A stretch of 64,000 nt of DNA from Octopus vulgaris (Eukaryota), in the NCBI GenBank assembly GCA_951406725.2, contig OX597822.1, positions 52,638,001 through 52,702,000 of the forward strand, in the 5' to 3' direction. Position numbers and translations under genes: made by a program. Position 1 is the first letter of the stretch. Each line of letters starts with the position of its first letter. This document shows, one piece after another, positions 24,384-37,771 of this stretch. Below the pieces are notes generated by a model that was not told the origin of the DNA, ran no database searches, and saw only the letters and a program-made list of their open reading frames with translations.

Positions 24384-25862
24384 GTAAGATAATGTAATCT
24401 TTTTATACATTTTGAGGTTTTGTTCCTTAGCACCGCATTCTTCTATGTCGTTGATGTGTTTCTTAGCACTTCAAAACCATTATTTATTTATTGAAATGTT
24501 TATTTACACAACTGAAAAAACTGGGTTGAAATCAGGTATTTTCACTAATGAGTAATTCCTTCTGATTCACTTTGAAGAAAATTATAGGACAGTATAAGAT
24601 TTACCATTGATGTAAGAGTGTTTGTTGCTATTGCTGTTGTTTAGTCCAAGTCAGCTTTGAGCAGATCTATGATCAAGGGTTCTCCAGCCATAATCAACCC
24701 ATCTTTTTGTATATCTAGGACAAGATGTGTCCAATTCTGCTACCCCTGCACTGATCACTACACTTAATCCGTTCTTCCCAGAATGTCGACCCTTAGGATT
24801 TCCTTCTCTGCTCATATCTTTTCTGCTGGTGTTGTCTCAATTCAGTTCAAGAGGAACATTAAGGGCATCCGTATCACTGGTTTGGAGGACCTGGAAAACC
24901 CATGGGCATTGTCACTTTCTCCAAACCCAACAATTTAAAAGATATGTCCATCTTTCTCCCCACCTTTTTTTTCAAAATTGTAAAGTGTGATTTGATGGAA
25001 ATGATCTGCTATTTCTTACTGTTTGAATGACCCTACAGAGGCTTCCTCTTTGGCTTGAGAGGCTCTTTTCAGATATCAAGTGGGATATTAATACAAGCAA
25101 GCAAGACTTCTGAAACAGGGCCCTTAATCCAATGAAGGTTGTTGTTCAAAACCTCAAAGTTCTCCACTACCTTATAGCAAACTAATTTACTAATGTAAGT
25201 TTGATGTTTTGGACAAGGACCTTCATTGGACTCTGTTTGAAATGTCTCTCTTGTTTGTATTAATATCCTACTTGCTATCTGCTCTATGTTTAAGTGAAAT
25301 CATAAAATGTCAGTGTGTTTGTGACTCCTTGTTTTTGACATCACATGATAGTTTTAAATGAGTGTCACTGTCATACAAGTAGTGTTGTTCAATTTCCAAT
25401 ATTCTGCAAAACCATGTCAGGGCATGAGGGAATTTACTTTGCCTTAGTAACAGGTGAGGGTTGGCAACAGGAAGGGCATCTGACCATAGAAAATCTGCCT
25501 CCGTATACTCCCTTCAACCCATGCAAGCATTAAAAAAAGAGGTTGACGATGGTGGCAATATTCCACCTAATATGTGTAGAGTAGTACCCCTGTTTTCAAT
25601 TTTCATGGAAATTATTGAAGAAGGCAGTGAGCAGAAACATGACTGATGTACTAAGATCCAATATAATGAAATCATACAGGACCTTGACATATGACCTCCT
25701 ATGTTTCTGCTCTCTGATAACATAAGGTCTGACTCATTCTTATTTTGATGAAAATTTGTTTTAAAAAGATATCTTAAAATGTCAGCGTTGCTCTAGGGTT
25801 ATCTATTTCTAAGAAAAGTCACAACCCTCTAAGCACGTGAACTTCCTTGTGAGCTCACAGTA

Positions 25863-26250
25863 CTATCAGTATCGCCCGGCGTTGCTTGGGTTTGTAAGGG
25901 AAATAACTATAAAGCATTTTTAGAGTTATAGCCAAAAAATAGCAAAAAATGCATTAACAATGGAAAAAAAATTATGGTAAATTTTTTTTTAAATCGTTGA
26001 CTCATCGTAGACATTTTTAGAGAGTTACTTCCCTTATATAAAAAAATATGCATTAAAATGGAAAAAATGATGGTAAATTATTTTAAAATCGTAGACTCAT
26101 CGTAGACGTGCGCTAATACCCAGAAGGGCTTGATATGAATCACGACTATAAGATACCCGGTTTTGGTTAAACTGCACTACAAAATGTGGGAGTAGTTAGG
26201 AATCTAAATCGGAGTAGACAGACACACAACCTTTCTTTTATATATAAAGA
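25863..26250 (-). mobile_element. Non-autonomous Helitron
   Basis: Minus strand starts TCTTTATATATAAAAG and ends with hairpin CCCAAGCAACGCCGGG and a degenerate CTAG; same family as 44935-45447. Confidence 0.75.
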
Positions 26251-27671
26251 TTGTCTGAATCTTTTTCACATTGTAACAGACTAGTTCAAAATGGTTGAGA
26301 TCTGTATTTTTTTTTTTTTTGTATGCCATTCACTCATTTGATTACTCACTCATACTCTTTCACTTTAAATCATTTTCATTCACACTTCATAACATTACTC
26401 TCTATGTTCCTATTTACTTCTCTCTCTCTCTCTCTCTCTCTCCCCCATTAAGTCGTCTCTCTTTTGCTTCTCTTGTCTCCTACACTGAAACATTATATTG
26501 ATTAGATACTTGTTATCTGTATATCTATCAGCCTGTCTCATTCTCATTTAAACTTCTTTGCTAAGTTTCTGTTTTACTCTTGTATCGAACTGGGTAGAGA
26601 TAGTACCTTTGGTGTCTAGCATGCTGCTCCCTACCTGAGTGGGTGGGCAGGCATGTTAGCTTTCATGCAGCCCTGGCTTCCGTACCGGTGGCACATAAAA
26701 AGCACCAATCCGATCGTGGCCGTTGCCAGCCTCGCCTGGCACCTGTACTGGTGGCATGTAAAAAGCACCCACTACACTCACGGAGTGGTTGGTGTTAGGA
26801 AGGGCATCCAGCTGTAGAAACACTGCCAGATCAGACTGGAGCCTTGTGCAGCCTCCTGGCTTCCCAGATCCCCGGTCAAACCGTCCAACCCATGCTAGCA
26901 TGGAGAACAGACGTTAAATGATGATGATAGTTCCAAGTGCCACATATTGGTACACTGTCTCAGCAGACTAAAGCACTTAAAGGGGTGGTGTTGACTCTGC
27001 ACATCTAGGCAGGTGGGAAAAACTGCAACAATGGCCAATAGCCAGCACTGAGGAGTCTTAAGAAGACCAATAGCCAGGTGTCTGTGACTGAAGGTGGGGC
27101 TCAGTTAGCAGTGAAAAGGGACAGCTCCATGATAGTCTCTCTTTCCCAATTGCAAGTGGTTGACAGTCAGGTTCCTGAAAAATAATCTCAAGCTACAAAA
27201 ACAGAGTGCAAAAGCATTGCAGCAGTTGCGGTACTGCTGACCGATCATGCTGGAATACTTTGACTGCCTTGTGTGTCGCCTAACACAGGAACACTTAAGT
27301 CATCATCCTCATCATTTAACGTCTGTTTTCTATGCTGGCATGGGTTGGCTGGTTTGATAGGAACTGGCTAAGCCAGGGTCCACACCAGGTTGCGTAATTT
27401 GTTTTGGCTTGGTTTCTACAGTTAGATGCCCTTCCTAATGCCAACTACTTTACAGGGTGTATTGGGTGCTTTTACGTGGCATCATCACCAGTGCTTTTTA
27501 TGTGACGTCAACACCAGTGTTTTTTTACATGGCACCAGCACCCACACCAATGCTTTTTACATGGCACCTTGGCTTTAGAATCTCACTTTTGTTGTGGTGG
27601 GTGGGTCTTCTCGAGTACAGCAACGTGCTACATATTCAGTATCACAGTCCCTCTACCTTCTCTCTCTCTTT

Positions 27672-28050
27672 CTTTTACTCTTTTACGTGTTTCAGTCATT
27701 TGACTGCGGCCATGCTGGAGCACCACTTTTTAGTCGAGGACTTATTCTTTGTAAGCCTAGTACTTATTCTATCGGTCTCTTTTGCCTAACTGCTAAGTTA
27801 CGGAGATGTAAACACACCAGCATCGGTTGTCACCGACACACAAACACATACACATACGCGCACACACATATTTACATATACATATATACAACGGGCTTTT
27901 TTCAGTTTCCGTCTTCCAAATCCACTCACAAGGCTTTGGTCGGCTTGAGTCTATAGTAGAAGACACTTGCCCAAGGTGCCACGCAGTGGGACTGAACTCA
28001 GAACCATGTGGTTGGTAAGTAAGCTACTTACCACACAGCCACTCCTACAT
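27672..28050 (-). mobile_element. CORE-type tRNA SINE family B (OR-like)
   Basis: Head TGGCTGTGTGGTAAG...GTTCAGTCCC, core ACCTTGGGCAAGT, internal (TA/CA)n, tail GTAAAAGAGTAAAAG. Confidence 0.85.
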
Positions 28051-28080
28051 CCTAATTTCTTACCCACCTTTCTACTGTAG

Positions 28081-28175
28081 GTACTCTGTGACCAACATGG
28101 AAATGCAGTCTATTTAAATGAACGAGAATGTTCAATCCAGAGAAGGAACCAGAAGGTGATAGAAGAAGCACCTAG
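28081..28175 (+). CDS. PCCA: PCCA exon ([32 protein letters not shown])
   Basis: [12 protein letters not shown], where NQK rather than HQK is typical of PCCA; ctgtag/gtatgt; 95 nt. Confidence 0.95.
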
Positions 28176-28315
28176 GTATGTCTAAACACTATATTGCCTC
28201 CCTCCCCTCTACTTATCTATTGCTTTTGCTAGTTTACTTGTAGTCCTACCCCAGCAACACTTCTCTCTTTACCAACGTCTGCTGATCTTAAACTCTTTCT
28301 TTTGTTTCTGGCCAG

Positions 28316-28398
28316 TACTTTTATTGATCCAGCTGTACGTAAAGCTATGGGAGAGCAAGCAGTGAGATTAGCCAAAGCTGTAAATTATTCTTCAGCAG
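28316..28398 (+). CDS. PCCA: PCCA exon (TFIDPAVRKAMGEQAVRLAKAVNYSSA-G)
   Basis: AMGEQAV and YSSAG motifs; gccag/gtaatt; 83 nt. Confidence 0.93.
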
Positions 28399-29264
28399 GT
28401 AATTCATTTCAATTCCAGCTTTTGTTTTACTTTTTTTTTTATGCTTTAGTCAAATTAGGAAGGGCCGGGTCCTTCAGCAACCACTTATTTTTTTTATAGG
28501 ATTTCCAAGACATGTTAGGAGAAAAGGGAAGAAGAAACACTGATTCGTGAGTTATTGTGGTAACAAGCATCAAGATTTGGTCTGAGGACATGATTTGAAT
28601 GCTTTATCACTCAATGAATTGTATTAACATCCAGAATCAAGAAGTGGTGTTAAACTGTGCAATCAATTAAATGTTCTGGGATGTGTGTGTGTGTGTGTGT
28701 GTGTATTATATAGGTGCTGGTATGGCTGTATGGTTAAGAAGTTTGCTGCACAACCATGTGGTTGTGGATTCAATTCCACTGCATGGCACCTTGGGCAAAT
28801 GTCTCCTCCTATACTCCTGGGCCAACTAATGCCTTGCAATTGAATTTGGTAGAAGGAAACTAGACGTGTGTGTGTATGCTTGCGTATGTGTGTGCATCCA
28901 TGTGTGTGTTTACATTTGTGCTTTTCTGAAAGTTGCTGAGCTAAAAGTGAGGACTTTATTATCATTCCCTCAATTAGAAAATAATGGGTTGGTTCTGATA
29001 AAAACTAGTAAAGATTCATGACATATAAAGCATCTGGCAATTAAACAAAGCTTTTAATAATATGTATGGCTAATCCATGCTTTCAGGGAAAAACAGAGAA
29101 AAAAAAGTGACCGATATCTATCTATCTTCCAAAAATACCCTGTCCATTAATATCTTCATTTCTTTACTTATTTGTGATTGCTTATCTGTTAATCTCCCAA
29201 CCTCCTTTTCTTGCTTTATAAACATCCCTATCTCTATACCTAAGTATAATTTTATATTAATCTC

Positions 29265-29301
<37 letters not shown>

Positions 29302-30232
29302 CACCCCATCTCTGATTGCTAATTGATATCTCTATCAGTATTTTTTTCTGGCAGGGTGGCTGAATAGGTGCTATGCCTGGCCAAAGGGCAACCTGTAACT
29401 ATGCAGAACACAGTTTTTCACACCATGTAGTATTTTCAAAATACCTGCTGTTGCGTAAAACTGTGACTATTATCTCCCCTTCTCCATGAGTACAGTTGTG
29501 AGATCTAGGTTGAAACAGAGCAACGATGTGACCAAGTCTGGGCTCAGGCTTATTGAACAACATAACCATAGCATTGCATTCTTATGAAACTTCGATAATT
29601 ATGTTGTGTTGTTGTTGTTGCTTAGATAATATATTTATTTCTAGTTGTTAAACAGAGCCAGTGAATACTGGTTATTAACTCAGCGCAGAACCAGAGATGA
29701 CATAAATTTTGTCTCTTTTTTTTTTTCTCTGCCATAGATAAAATAATACCAGTCATATACTGTGGTTCATTCACTCACCTCTCCTTCTTTTAAAAATGTG
29801 TAACCATTTGGTTATGTATCATCATCACCATCACCATCTTTACCACCACCACCATCATCAACTCAATTCACCATGAGCTGAATTCCATTTCACTCATTCA
29901 AGCATGGAAAACTGGATATAAAATGATAGTGATGATGATGATAATGATGATTCTAGCACCTTATCAGATCATCAACCTCTCAGGTATTCTGCCATTCATT
30001 GACAGAATAAGTAATTCTGTTTGTTTCCATTATTGTTCAGCCCCAGAACATTTGTAATTGAACAGACCTCTTTGTTTAAGCTGTTCTGAGACCACTCCAT
30101 CCTTGATCTAGATATTGAATGCCTAAGACTATATGATCAGATGTGTCCATTTTTTTTTTTTTTTATGACAGTGTAGTGTGATCTGAAGAAGATTTAGCTG
30201 GTATTTCTAATGGGTCAACTGACTGTATAGAG

Positions 30233-30567
30233 CAGTGGTTCTCAGCTGGGGTTCACATAAGATTTTGGTGGGATTCATCTAACAAAATAGTAAATTGGGG
30301 ATCCACAATTGTATTTTAAGGGTCTCTGAAAAAATTTTGCTTTAGATGTATGTGTTCGTATGTATTGCAAGGAAAGGTTAGGCTTTTTTCTCTAACATTT
30401 TACATAGTTCGGCCTATGCAAGTTAATGTATGAAAAAAAAAAAAAGGAATTTGGAAAGGAGTTCCTGTAAAACTAGTTTTTAAACATCAAATGGCTATAG
30501 GGTCCACCAGAATAAAATAGTAATCAAAGGGTTCTATAGATAAAAAAAAAAAGGTTGAGAACCCTTG
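30233..30567. mobile_element. hAT (Charlie-like) MITE
   Basis: TIRs CAGTGGTTCTCA / TTGAGAACCCTTG; TSD not preserved. Confidence 0.65.
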
Positions 30568-31137
30568 GAGAAACTCACTAGTTGACTCCTTTTGCCTGGT
30601 TGACAATATGTTCTGTTCCCACTTCAGTTAGAATACAATTGCTTCAGTATTAACCATTTTTCAGAGTCATATATTTGCTGTGATAAAGTGTTAGAAACAT
30701 AATACTATTTATTTATTTACTGCAAAGCCCCAAGTTAGCCCTTATTGAGCAGACCTGTGTTCAGAGACATTCCAGCCTTGACCATCTTGTCTTTCTCCTT
30801 GAAGGCATTAATGCTAGTGCCACAAAAAAAATGCATCTAGTATACTCTGTAAAAGTGGCTGACTTTAGGAAGGGCATCAAGCTGTAGAAATGATGCAAAA
30901 GCAGACAGCAGGACACAATGCAGTCCTCTGACCTGTTGGATCCTGTCAAGTTGTCCAGTCTATGCCAGCATGGAAGATGGATGTTAAAAGATGATGATGA
31001 TGAATGTATTTTTGAGTACAACATTCAATGTCTTGTGTGATTTGAGGGATATTTGGCTACTATTTTTTATTAGATAAAGCAATAATGTAGAGTTTCTTCA
31101 TTGGTGCTGTAGTATTGTATTTTTAATATGGTTTCAG

Positions 31138-31275
31138 GTACAGTGGAATTTTTGGTTGATTCTCAAAGAAATTTCTACTTTTTGGAGATGAATACTAGAT
31201 TGCAGGTGGAGCATCCAATCACTGAATGTATTACTGGTATAGACATTGTCCACCAAATGATCCGGGTAGCTAAAG
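31138..31275 (+). CDS. PCCA: PCCA exon ([33 protein letters not shown]...VAK-G)
   Basis: [13 protein letters not shown] catalytic signature; tttcag/gtaaga; 138 nt. Confidence 0.96.
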
Positions 31276-31978
31276 GTAAGAAACACTGTATACTTTTCAT
31301 GTTCTTTACTCTATATATTTAGAAGTAAGAATTATTTGATATTTGATCTTAGATTCTCTCCTGAACCTGAATACTCCATTTTTGACCTCTTGCTGATCTC
31401 TGGTTTCAAAAACGTTAAGTAAATGAGACAAATCTATAAACTGGGTAAGTTGATGCTCTACCATAAGCAACTTTTTCCCACTGGAAGAATTGAACTTAGC
31501 ACTGCAAGTCAACATTCACCAGTTCTACATAGCTGTCACTGCTTACAATTGCGAAGTGCATAACTGTTTGATATCTACTCCCAGATAGGCACCAAAGAGA
31601 TCAACTATCTTGGTTGCAGACAGCTAGGTGGATTGTGATATTGAGAGCTAAGTGTCTTTGCTTTAGTCATAGTAAGGTGAACTATATCAAATTGTACCTA
31701 CTGACAGTTAGGTGGCCTGTAACATTGATTTCAAATTTTGGTACAAGGCCAGCAAGTTCTGGGGAGGAAGTAAGTCAATTACATTGACCCCAGTGCTCAA
31801 CTGGTACTTATTTTATTGATCCTGAAAGGATGAAAAGCTAAGCTGACCTTGGTGGAATTTGAACACAGAATGTAAAGACGAACAAAATACCACTAAGCAT
31901 TTTGCCTGGTGTGCTAACAATTCTGCCAGCTCATTGTTTTAGGTGGATTGTAAGTATTGAGAACTGTCATGGACACAA

Positions 31979-32266
31979 CACTGTTAACTATATCACACAG
32001 TTAAGCGCCAACGTCTCAAGTAGACTAGAATGTTGATAATTAAGTGTTTTCCAAATTGGTCAGCTTTTTGGCATCCTTCTGGCCTCAAATCTAAAGTCAC
32101 TAATAACTAGTCTATGCTGGGGGTGGGGGGGGGGGGTAACCAATCAAAGAATCAATGTTCATGTCATATTACTGACAGTATCATGTATCCATGATCAAAA
32201 CACTTAATTATCAACATTCTAGTCTACTTGAGACATTGGCGCTTAACTGTGATATAATTAACAGTG
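31979..32266. mobile_element. MITE or foldback element with ~72-bp inverted arms
   Basis: 31979-32050 is a near-perfect reverse complement of 32197-32266. Confidence 0.75.
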
Positions 32267-32451
32267 CTATTTAACCCTTTTTGATACCAAACAGTCTGAA
32301 AATGCCCCTCGCTTTATACAAAATTTCTGTTTTAAAGTGAGCTAAATTCGAACTTCCCATCAAAATTTCATGTTAATTCATATTCTAAACACCAGTCATG
32401 GTCATTTTACTAAATTCTTCATTATTTTCAAAATTAATTGAAACAAAGACA

Positions 32452-32742
32452 GATGACTTCAGGAAACATTTTTTCACGCTGAGAGTTGCTGAAGCATGGA
32501 ACAAACTGCCGGCATCAGTTGGTAGTTGTCGGAGCACTGCATCCTTCAAAACTTCCATGCTTCCTGAGATTCGCCAACACTACACTTGATTTTCTCCCCT
32601 CCATACACACACAAGCATGTATCTGACTCATACATTGTTCGCTTTCCAGACATTTCTACATTACTGCATGTACCTTATATGCACTTTCTGACAAGTTGTG
32701 GTGCACCTGAGCACTGTATACAATAATTTCATTATTATTATT
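32452..32742 (+). mobile_element. CR1-group LINE 3' end with (ATT)n tail
   Basis: FRKHFFTLRVAEAWNKLP; same family as 36720-37240. Confidence 0.8.
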
Positions 32743-32862
32743 ATAGTATTTTGAAAGAAATATGCTTACAAAAGGTTTAAATAAGTGTGTGGTTTGTGTT
32801 TGATTTGTTCATTTTTGTGCTTTGAGAACAATTTTTTTTTGTTTTCTGTTTTTCTTATTTAG

Positions 32863-32936
32863 GACATAAATTATCATACACTCAGTCTGATGTCCCTATC
32901 AATGGCTGGAGCTTCGAATGTCGAGTTTACGCTGAG
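32863..32936 (+). CDS. PCCA: PCCA exon (HKLSYTQSDVPINGWSFECRVYAE)
   Basis: GW-ECRVYAE motif; atttag/gtatgt; 74 nt. Confidence 0.94.
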
Positions 32937-33012
32937 GTATGTTCTCATGTTTGTTCACACACATTCAGTGTATATTTCAACAGATGACTCAGAAGAATCA
33001 AGCACCTGAGCA

Positions 33013-33430
33013 CTCTTTACTCTTTTTACTCTTTTACTTGTTTCAGTCATTTAACTGCGGCCATGCTGGAGCACCGCTTTTAATCGAGCAACTCGACCCC
33101 GGGACTTATTCTTTTGTAAGCCCAGTACTTATTCTATCGGTCTCTTTTGCCGAACCGCTAAGTAACGGGGACATAAGCACACCAGCATCGGTTGTCAAGC
33201 AATGCTAGGGGGACAAACACAGACACACAAACACACACACACGCATACATATATATACATATATATGACGGGCTGCTTTCAGTTTCCGTCTACCAAATCC
33301 ACTCACAAGGCTTTGGTTGGCCTGAGGCTATAGTAGAAGACACTTGCCCAAGGTGCCACGCAGTGGGACTGAACCCAGAACTATGTGGTTGGTAAACAAG
33401 CTACTTACCACACAGCCACTCTTGCACCTA
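33013..33430 (-). mobile_element. CORE-type SINE family B
   Basis: Full-length match to 40688-41105 in reverse orientation. Confidence 0.85.
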
Positions 33431-35329
33431 TGTATACAATAATTTCAGTATTATTATTATAACAGCTGTTCAGTTATTTGGTGTGTTTGTGTGAGTGTGT
33501 GTGTTTGTATGTGTTATCAAGGACTTAGAAATTTCTGCTTTGATGTCTGATTGCACAGTTAGCCTGCCGGGGTAGGTTAGACTCCAAGGCATTGATGAAG
33601 GAAACTAACCCAGAGAATTGACAACTCCAAAGCCTGAAGTATGTTGTTCATTGAGTTTGTGGCAAATATTTGCATCAACTTTCTTCCAGCAGCATTTCCA
33701 GAAATTGTGCTACTATGAAATGCTACTAAATATTGGAGAATGCCCAGGAAAAAAAAAGTCTTCCCTTTGTAGACATAACTGAGAAACCAGTTATCTGAGT
33801 TGACAGCAGTATGATAGTTTGGTCCGTTGCCAGCCTCGCCTGGCCCCCGTGCCAGTGGCACATAAAAGCACCATCCGTTCGTGTCCGTTGCCAGCCTCGC
33901 CTGGCCCCCGTGCCGGTGGCACGTAAAAGCACCATCCGTTCATGGCCGTTTGCCAGCTCCGTCTGGCACCTGTGTGGGTGGCACGTAAAAAGCACCCACT
34001 ACACTCACGGAGTGGTTGGCGTTAGGAAGGGCATCCAGCCGTAGAAACACTGCCAGATCTGACTGGGCCTGATGCGGCCTTCCGGCTTCACAGACCCCAG
34101 TTGAACCGTCCAACCCATGCTAGCATGGAAAACGGACGCTAAATGATGATGATGATGATGATGATAGATAAAGCAATTAATGCTATAAAAACAGGAGAGC
34201 ACCTAGTACATTAGGAATCCCTACTGAAATGCTTAAAATAGCTGGCAGAGTAAGATAAGGCCTTGTCACCCATATAGTCAGCCAAGTTGTACAGGGAGGT
34301 GTCGTACCCAATGACTGGTGTTGCAGTATTATATTGTAAATGCAGAATATTGTATATGAATGACACTGCTTGTATGGCTGTGACAGTCATTTACAACTGT
34401 GACACAATATCAAGTCAAACATAGACATACCTACACTCCCTCTCTCTCTCTCCCTGTCTCTCTCTCTCCCTGTCTCTCTCTCTCTCCCCGGCTATCTCTC
34501 TCCCCATCTCTCTCCCCGTCTCTCTCTCTCCCCCGTCTCTCTCTCTCCCCTTCTCTCTCCCCGTCTCTCTCTCTCCCCACCTCCCTCTCTCCCCATCTCT
34601 CTCTCATTTTCTCTCACACACACACACACACATGATAGGTTTCTTTTAGTAGTTTTCTATTTACCCAATCCATTTATAAGGGTTTGGTTGGCCCAGGGTT
34701 GTAGAAAAATTAAAAAAACACTTTTTCCAAGGTGCCATGCAGTGATACTGAACCTGAAACTATGTAGTTGGAAAGCAAACTACTTTACCACAGCCCACAC
34801 CTGCACCAGCAATAAGACAAGAAATCTATTATAATGACATGTAATAAGTGACCTTCATGCATTTACATGTTTCTTTCACTTATTCAGGATTCCCAAGTCT
34901 GTATTTTTATACTTTCCCCAGATTGATTTACTTTCACTATCAATCCCGCAGTTACAAGTACTTAAAACCAAAGCTCACCCTTGATTGTATTAAAAGAGCC
35001 ATGCTTATTTAGCTATCAATTTTCACAAGTGCAAACCCTGTGAGTCAGGTTGGCTGTTCCAGCACATTTCCCTTTGCTATCCTCTGGTACAACACCTTTC
35101 CCGTTTTGTCTGCTGGAACCAAGGGGTAGTCAGAATCGCAAGTAATTGTATGTTCCACTCCTTAATGTAAAGTTACTCTGTATAAATTGCAAGTCCCTTG
35201 ACCAATTTTGGGAATTAACCTCAGTATTTGACCGGTACTGATTTTATTAATCCCTGAGGGATGAAAGGTGAAGTTAATTCCGATTCCATTTGAGTTAAAT
35301 ATGAGGGACAAAGTAAACATTGTTCTATA

Positions 35330-35540
35330 TACTCTCTTACTTGTTTCAGTCATTTGACTGTGGCCATGCTGGAGCACCACCTTTTAGTCGAGCAAATCGC
35401 CCCCAGGCTTTGTAAACCTAGTACTTATTCCATCGGTCTCTTTTGCCGAACTGCTAAGTTACGGGGATGTGAACACACCAGCATCGGTTGGGGGGACAAA
35501 CTCAGACACATAAACATACACACATAAAACATACACTCAT

Positions 35541-35598
<58 letters not shown>

Positions 35599-35760
35599 GA
35601 TGGGCTTCTTTCAGTTTCTGTCTACCAAATCCACTCACTAGGCGTTGGTCGGCCCGAGGCTATAGTAGAAGACACTTGGCCAAGATGTCACACAGTGGGA
35701 CTGAACCTGGAACCATGTGGTTTGTAAGCAAGGTACTAACCACACAGCCACTCTTACACC
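35330..35760 (-). mobile_element. CORE-type SINE family B with expanded (AT)n
   Basis: Same motifs as the other family B copies. Confidence 0.85.
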
Positions 35761-35827
35761 TATATATTGAAGATTGTTTTATTTTTAAACACTTAGTTTT
35801 AACAATGCATTTCTGTTTCTATTTTAG

Positions 35828-35902
35828 GACCCTTTTAAAAACTTTGGTATGCCCTCCATTGGTCGTCTTTCCAAGTACATTGAACCTCTTCATATACCAC
35901 AA
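35828..35902 (+). CDS. PCCA: PCCA exon ([25 protein letters not shown])
   Basis: PCCA-typical FG-PSIGRL; ttttag/gtaagt; 75 nt. Confidence 0.94.
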
Positions 35903-35976
35903 GTAAGTTTGATGCATTACTTCTCAGTCATCATCACCATTGTTTTAATGTTTAACTTTTCATGTTTGCATAAAGT

Positions 35977-36261
35977 TGTTGGTGTATGTGGGAGATTTGA
36001 AATAAGGACACCTACCTTCTCTTCGTCAACGCAGACCTCTCCAGCGGTAACGAACCCTTCCATGTGACCCAACCCGAATGCTAAAAATAGCAGCTGCTTT
36101 TCCCCTACCTTGACAAAGCGCTCACACGTCCAACTCTGTCAGCTACCCTGATCTAAAAAGGCCCAATGCTCCCCTGCCTGCGTGTGCGTCACTCCTGCCC
36201 CTTCCTCTTCTGGTCAGCCCCAAGTTCCAGTCGGCTTCCCAGCTGCTGACGTCATCCCACA
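35977..36261. mobile_element. Possible solo LTR inserted in an older repeat
   Basis: GC-richer insert, TG...CA ends, imperfect 5-bp TSD (a/g)aagt, interrupts a family-C-like relic. Confidence 0.35.
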
Positions 36262-36718
36262 GAAGTAGATGGAATTCATTGAGGTAGATTTTCTGCAGTT
36301 GGATGCCCTTCCTGTTACCCAACCCTCACCTGTTTCCGAAAAAGGTAATGTTTCCCTATGGCCAGATATTTCCATGGAAAATATGAACAACACCACTTGT
36401 GTGATGGTTACACTCATTTACAACTATTGCATGTCTCTAAACTAGGAGACACCAACATGCATATACACACACAAGTGCAAACACATATGCATGTGTACAC
36501 ACACACACACATAATACACATGTGCATATGTATACACAAGCAAACTGCTTGCACACATGCACATGCAAACGCACTCACACATACATGCACATATGCAAAC
36601 ATTCATACATACACACACTCACTCACAACACACACATAGACACACGCTCATGTATTATGGGCTTCTTTCAGTTCCCATTTATTAAATTCATTTGCAAAGC
36701 TTTGGTCAGTATGGAACT

Positions 36719-36719
<1 letters not shown>

Positions 36720-36749
<30 letters not shown>

Positions 36750-37240
36750 CATTGTGTACAGTGCTCAGGTGCACTACAACTCATCTAAAGTGTATGTATA
36801 ATCAGGTGTAGTTTTGGCGGATTTCGGAAAGCATGAGGGCCTTAAAGGATGCAGTGTCATGGCAGTCAACAACTGACGCAGGCAGTTTGTTCCATGTTTC
36901 AGCAACTCTGAGCGTGAAAAAATGTTTCCGAAAGTCATGGGAGCTGTGTTGTTTTCTGACTTTGTAGGCATGTCCACGTGTGTTAGACATATGAAGATCA
37001 AAAAGGTGTTCAGTGTTGTTGTTGGTGAGGTGGTTGATAACTTTGTGGCTGTTTACCAAGTCCATCGCCAGACGCCAGAGCTTCAGTGAATCCATGCCCA
37101 GGGAAACAAGGCGCTCAGAGTATGGTAGGTGTCTGATGGAGGGTATGCGTTTGGTTGCACGTCTCTGAACAGATTCCAGGAGGTCAATGTTCTGAGCAAG
37201 ATAGGGGTTCCAAACTGATGATGCGAATTCCGGTGCTACA
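36720..37240 (-). mobile_element. 5'-truncated CR1-group LINE (post-RT C-terminus and tail)
   Basis: VWNPY...LESVQRRATK...YSERL...TRGH...FFTLRV..WNKLP; (ATT)n tail. Confidence 0.9.
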
Positions 37241-37394
37241 TAGTAGGACTGAATCTGAAACAACATGATGGTGAAGCAAGCTTCTTAACCAGACCGCCAT
37301 GCTTACATTTATATCTCTCCCATATTTCATTTTCAGGTTACCTGACTGATTTGATATAAATTATATTTCTTGTCCTGCCTTACATATATTTCAG

Positions 37395-37463
37395 GTACGA
37401 TGCGACAGTGGCATTATGGAAGGTAGTGAGATCAGTATTTACTATGATCCCATGATCTGCAAG
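37395..37463 (+). CDS. PCCA: PCCA exon ([23 protein letters not shown])
   Basis: DSG/YYDPMI motif; tttcag/gtgagg; 69 nt. Confidence 0.95.
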
Positions 37464-37771
37464 GTGAGGCCAGTTTATTTACAGTTCACAGCTTTCTCTT
37501 AATCTGTACTCTAGTAATGTTAGACACATCAGAATGCTTCTAGGTTAGCCTGCCTGAGAAAAGAAAAGATGGAATAGTCACAACTTCAAGATTTTAGTCG
37601 TAGGTCTAATTAAGAATGTGACCAAGGGCCAAACAACAACAACAGTTTACAGGAATTGAGCCAACGAAGAAAGCCTTTTACATTGTTTTGCAACCTTCAT
37701 GAAATAGCAGCCAATACACCCCTCACTCCGTTGCACTATCTTGTGTAAAGTAATACTGGATAATGTTATGG

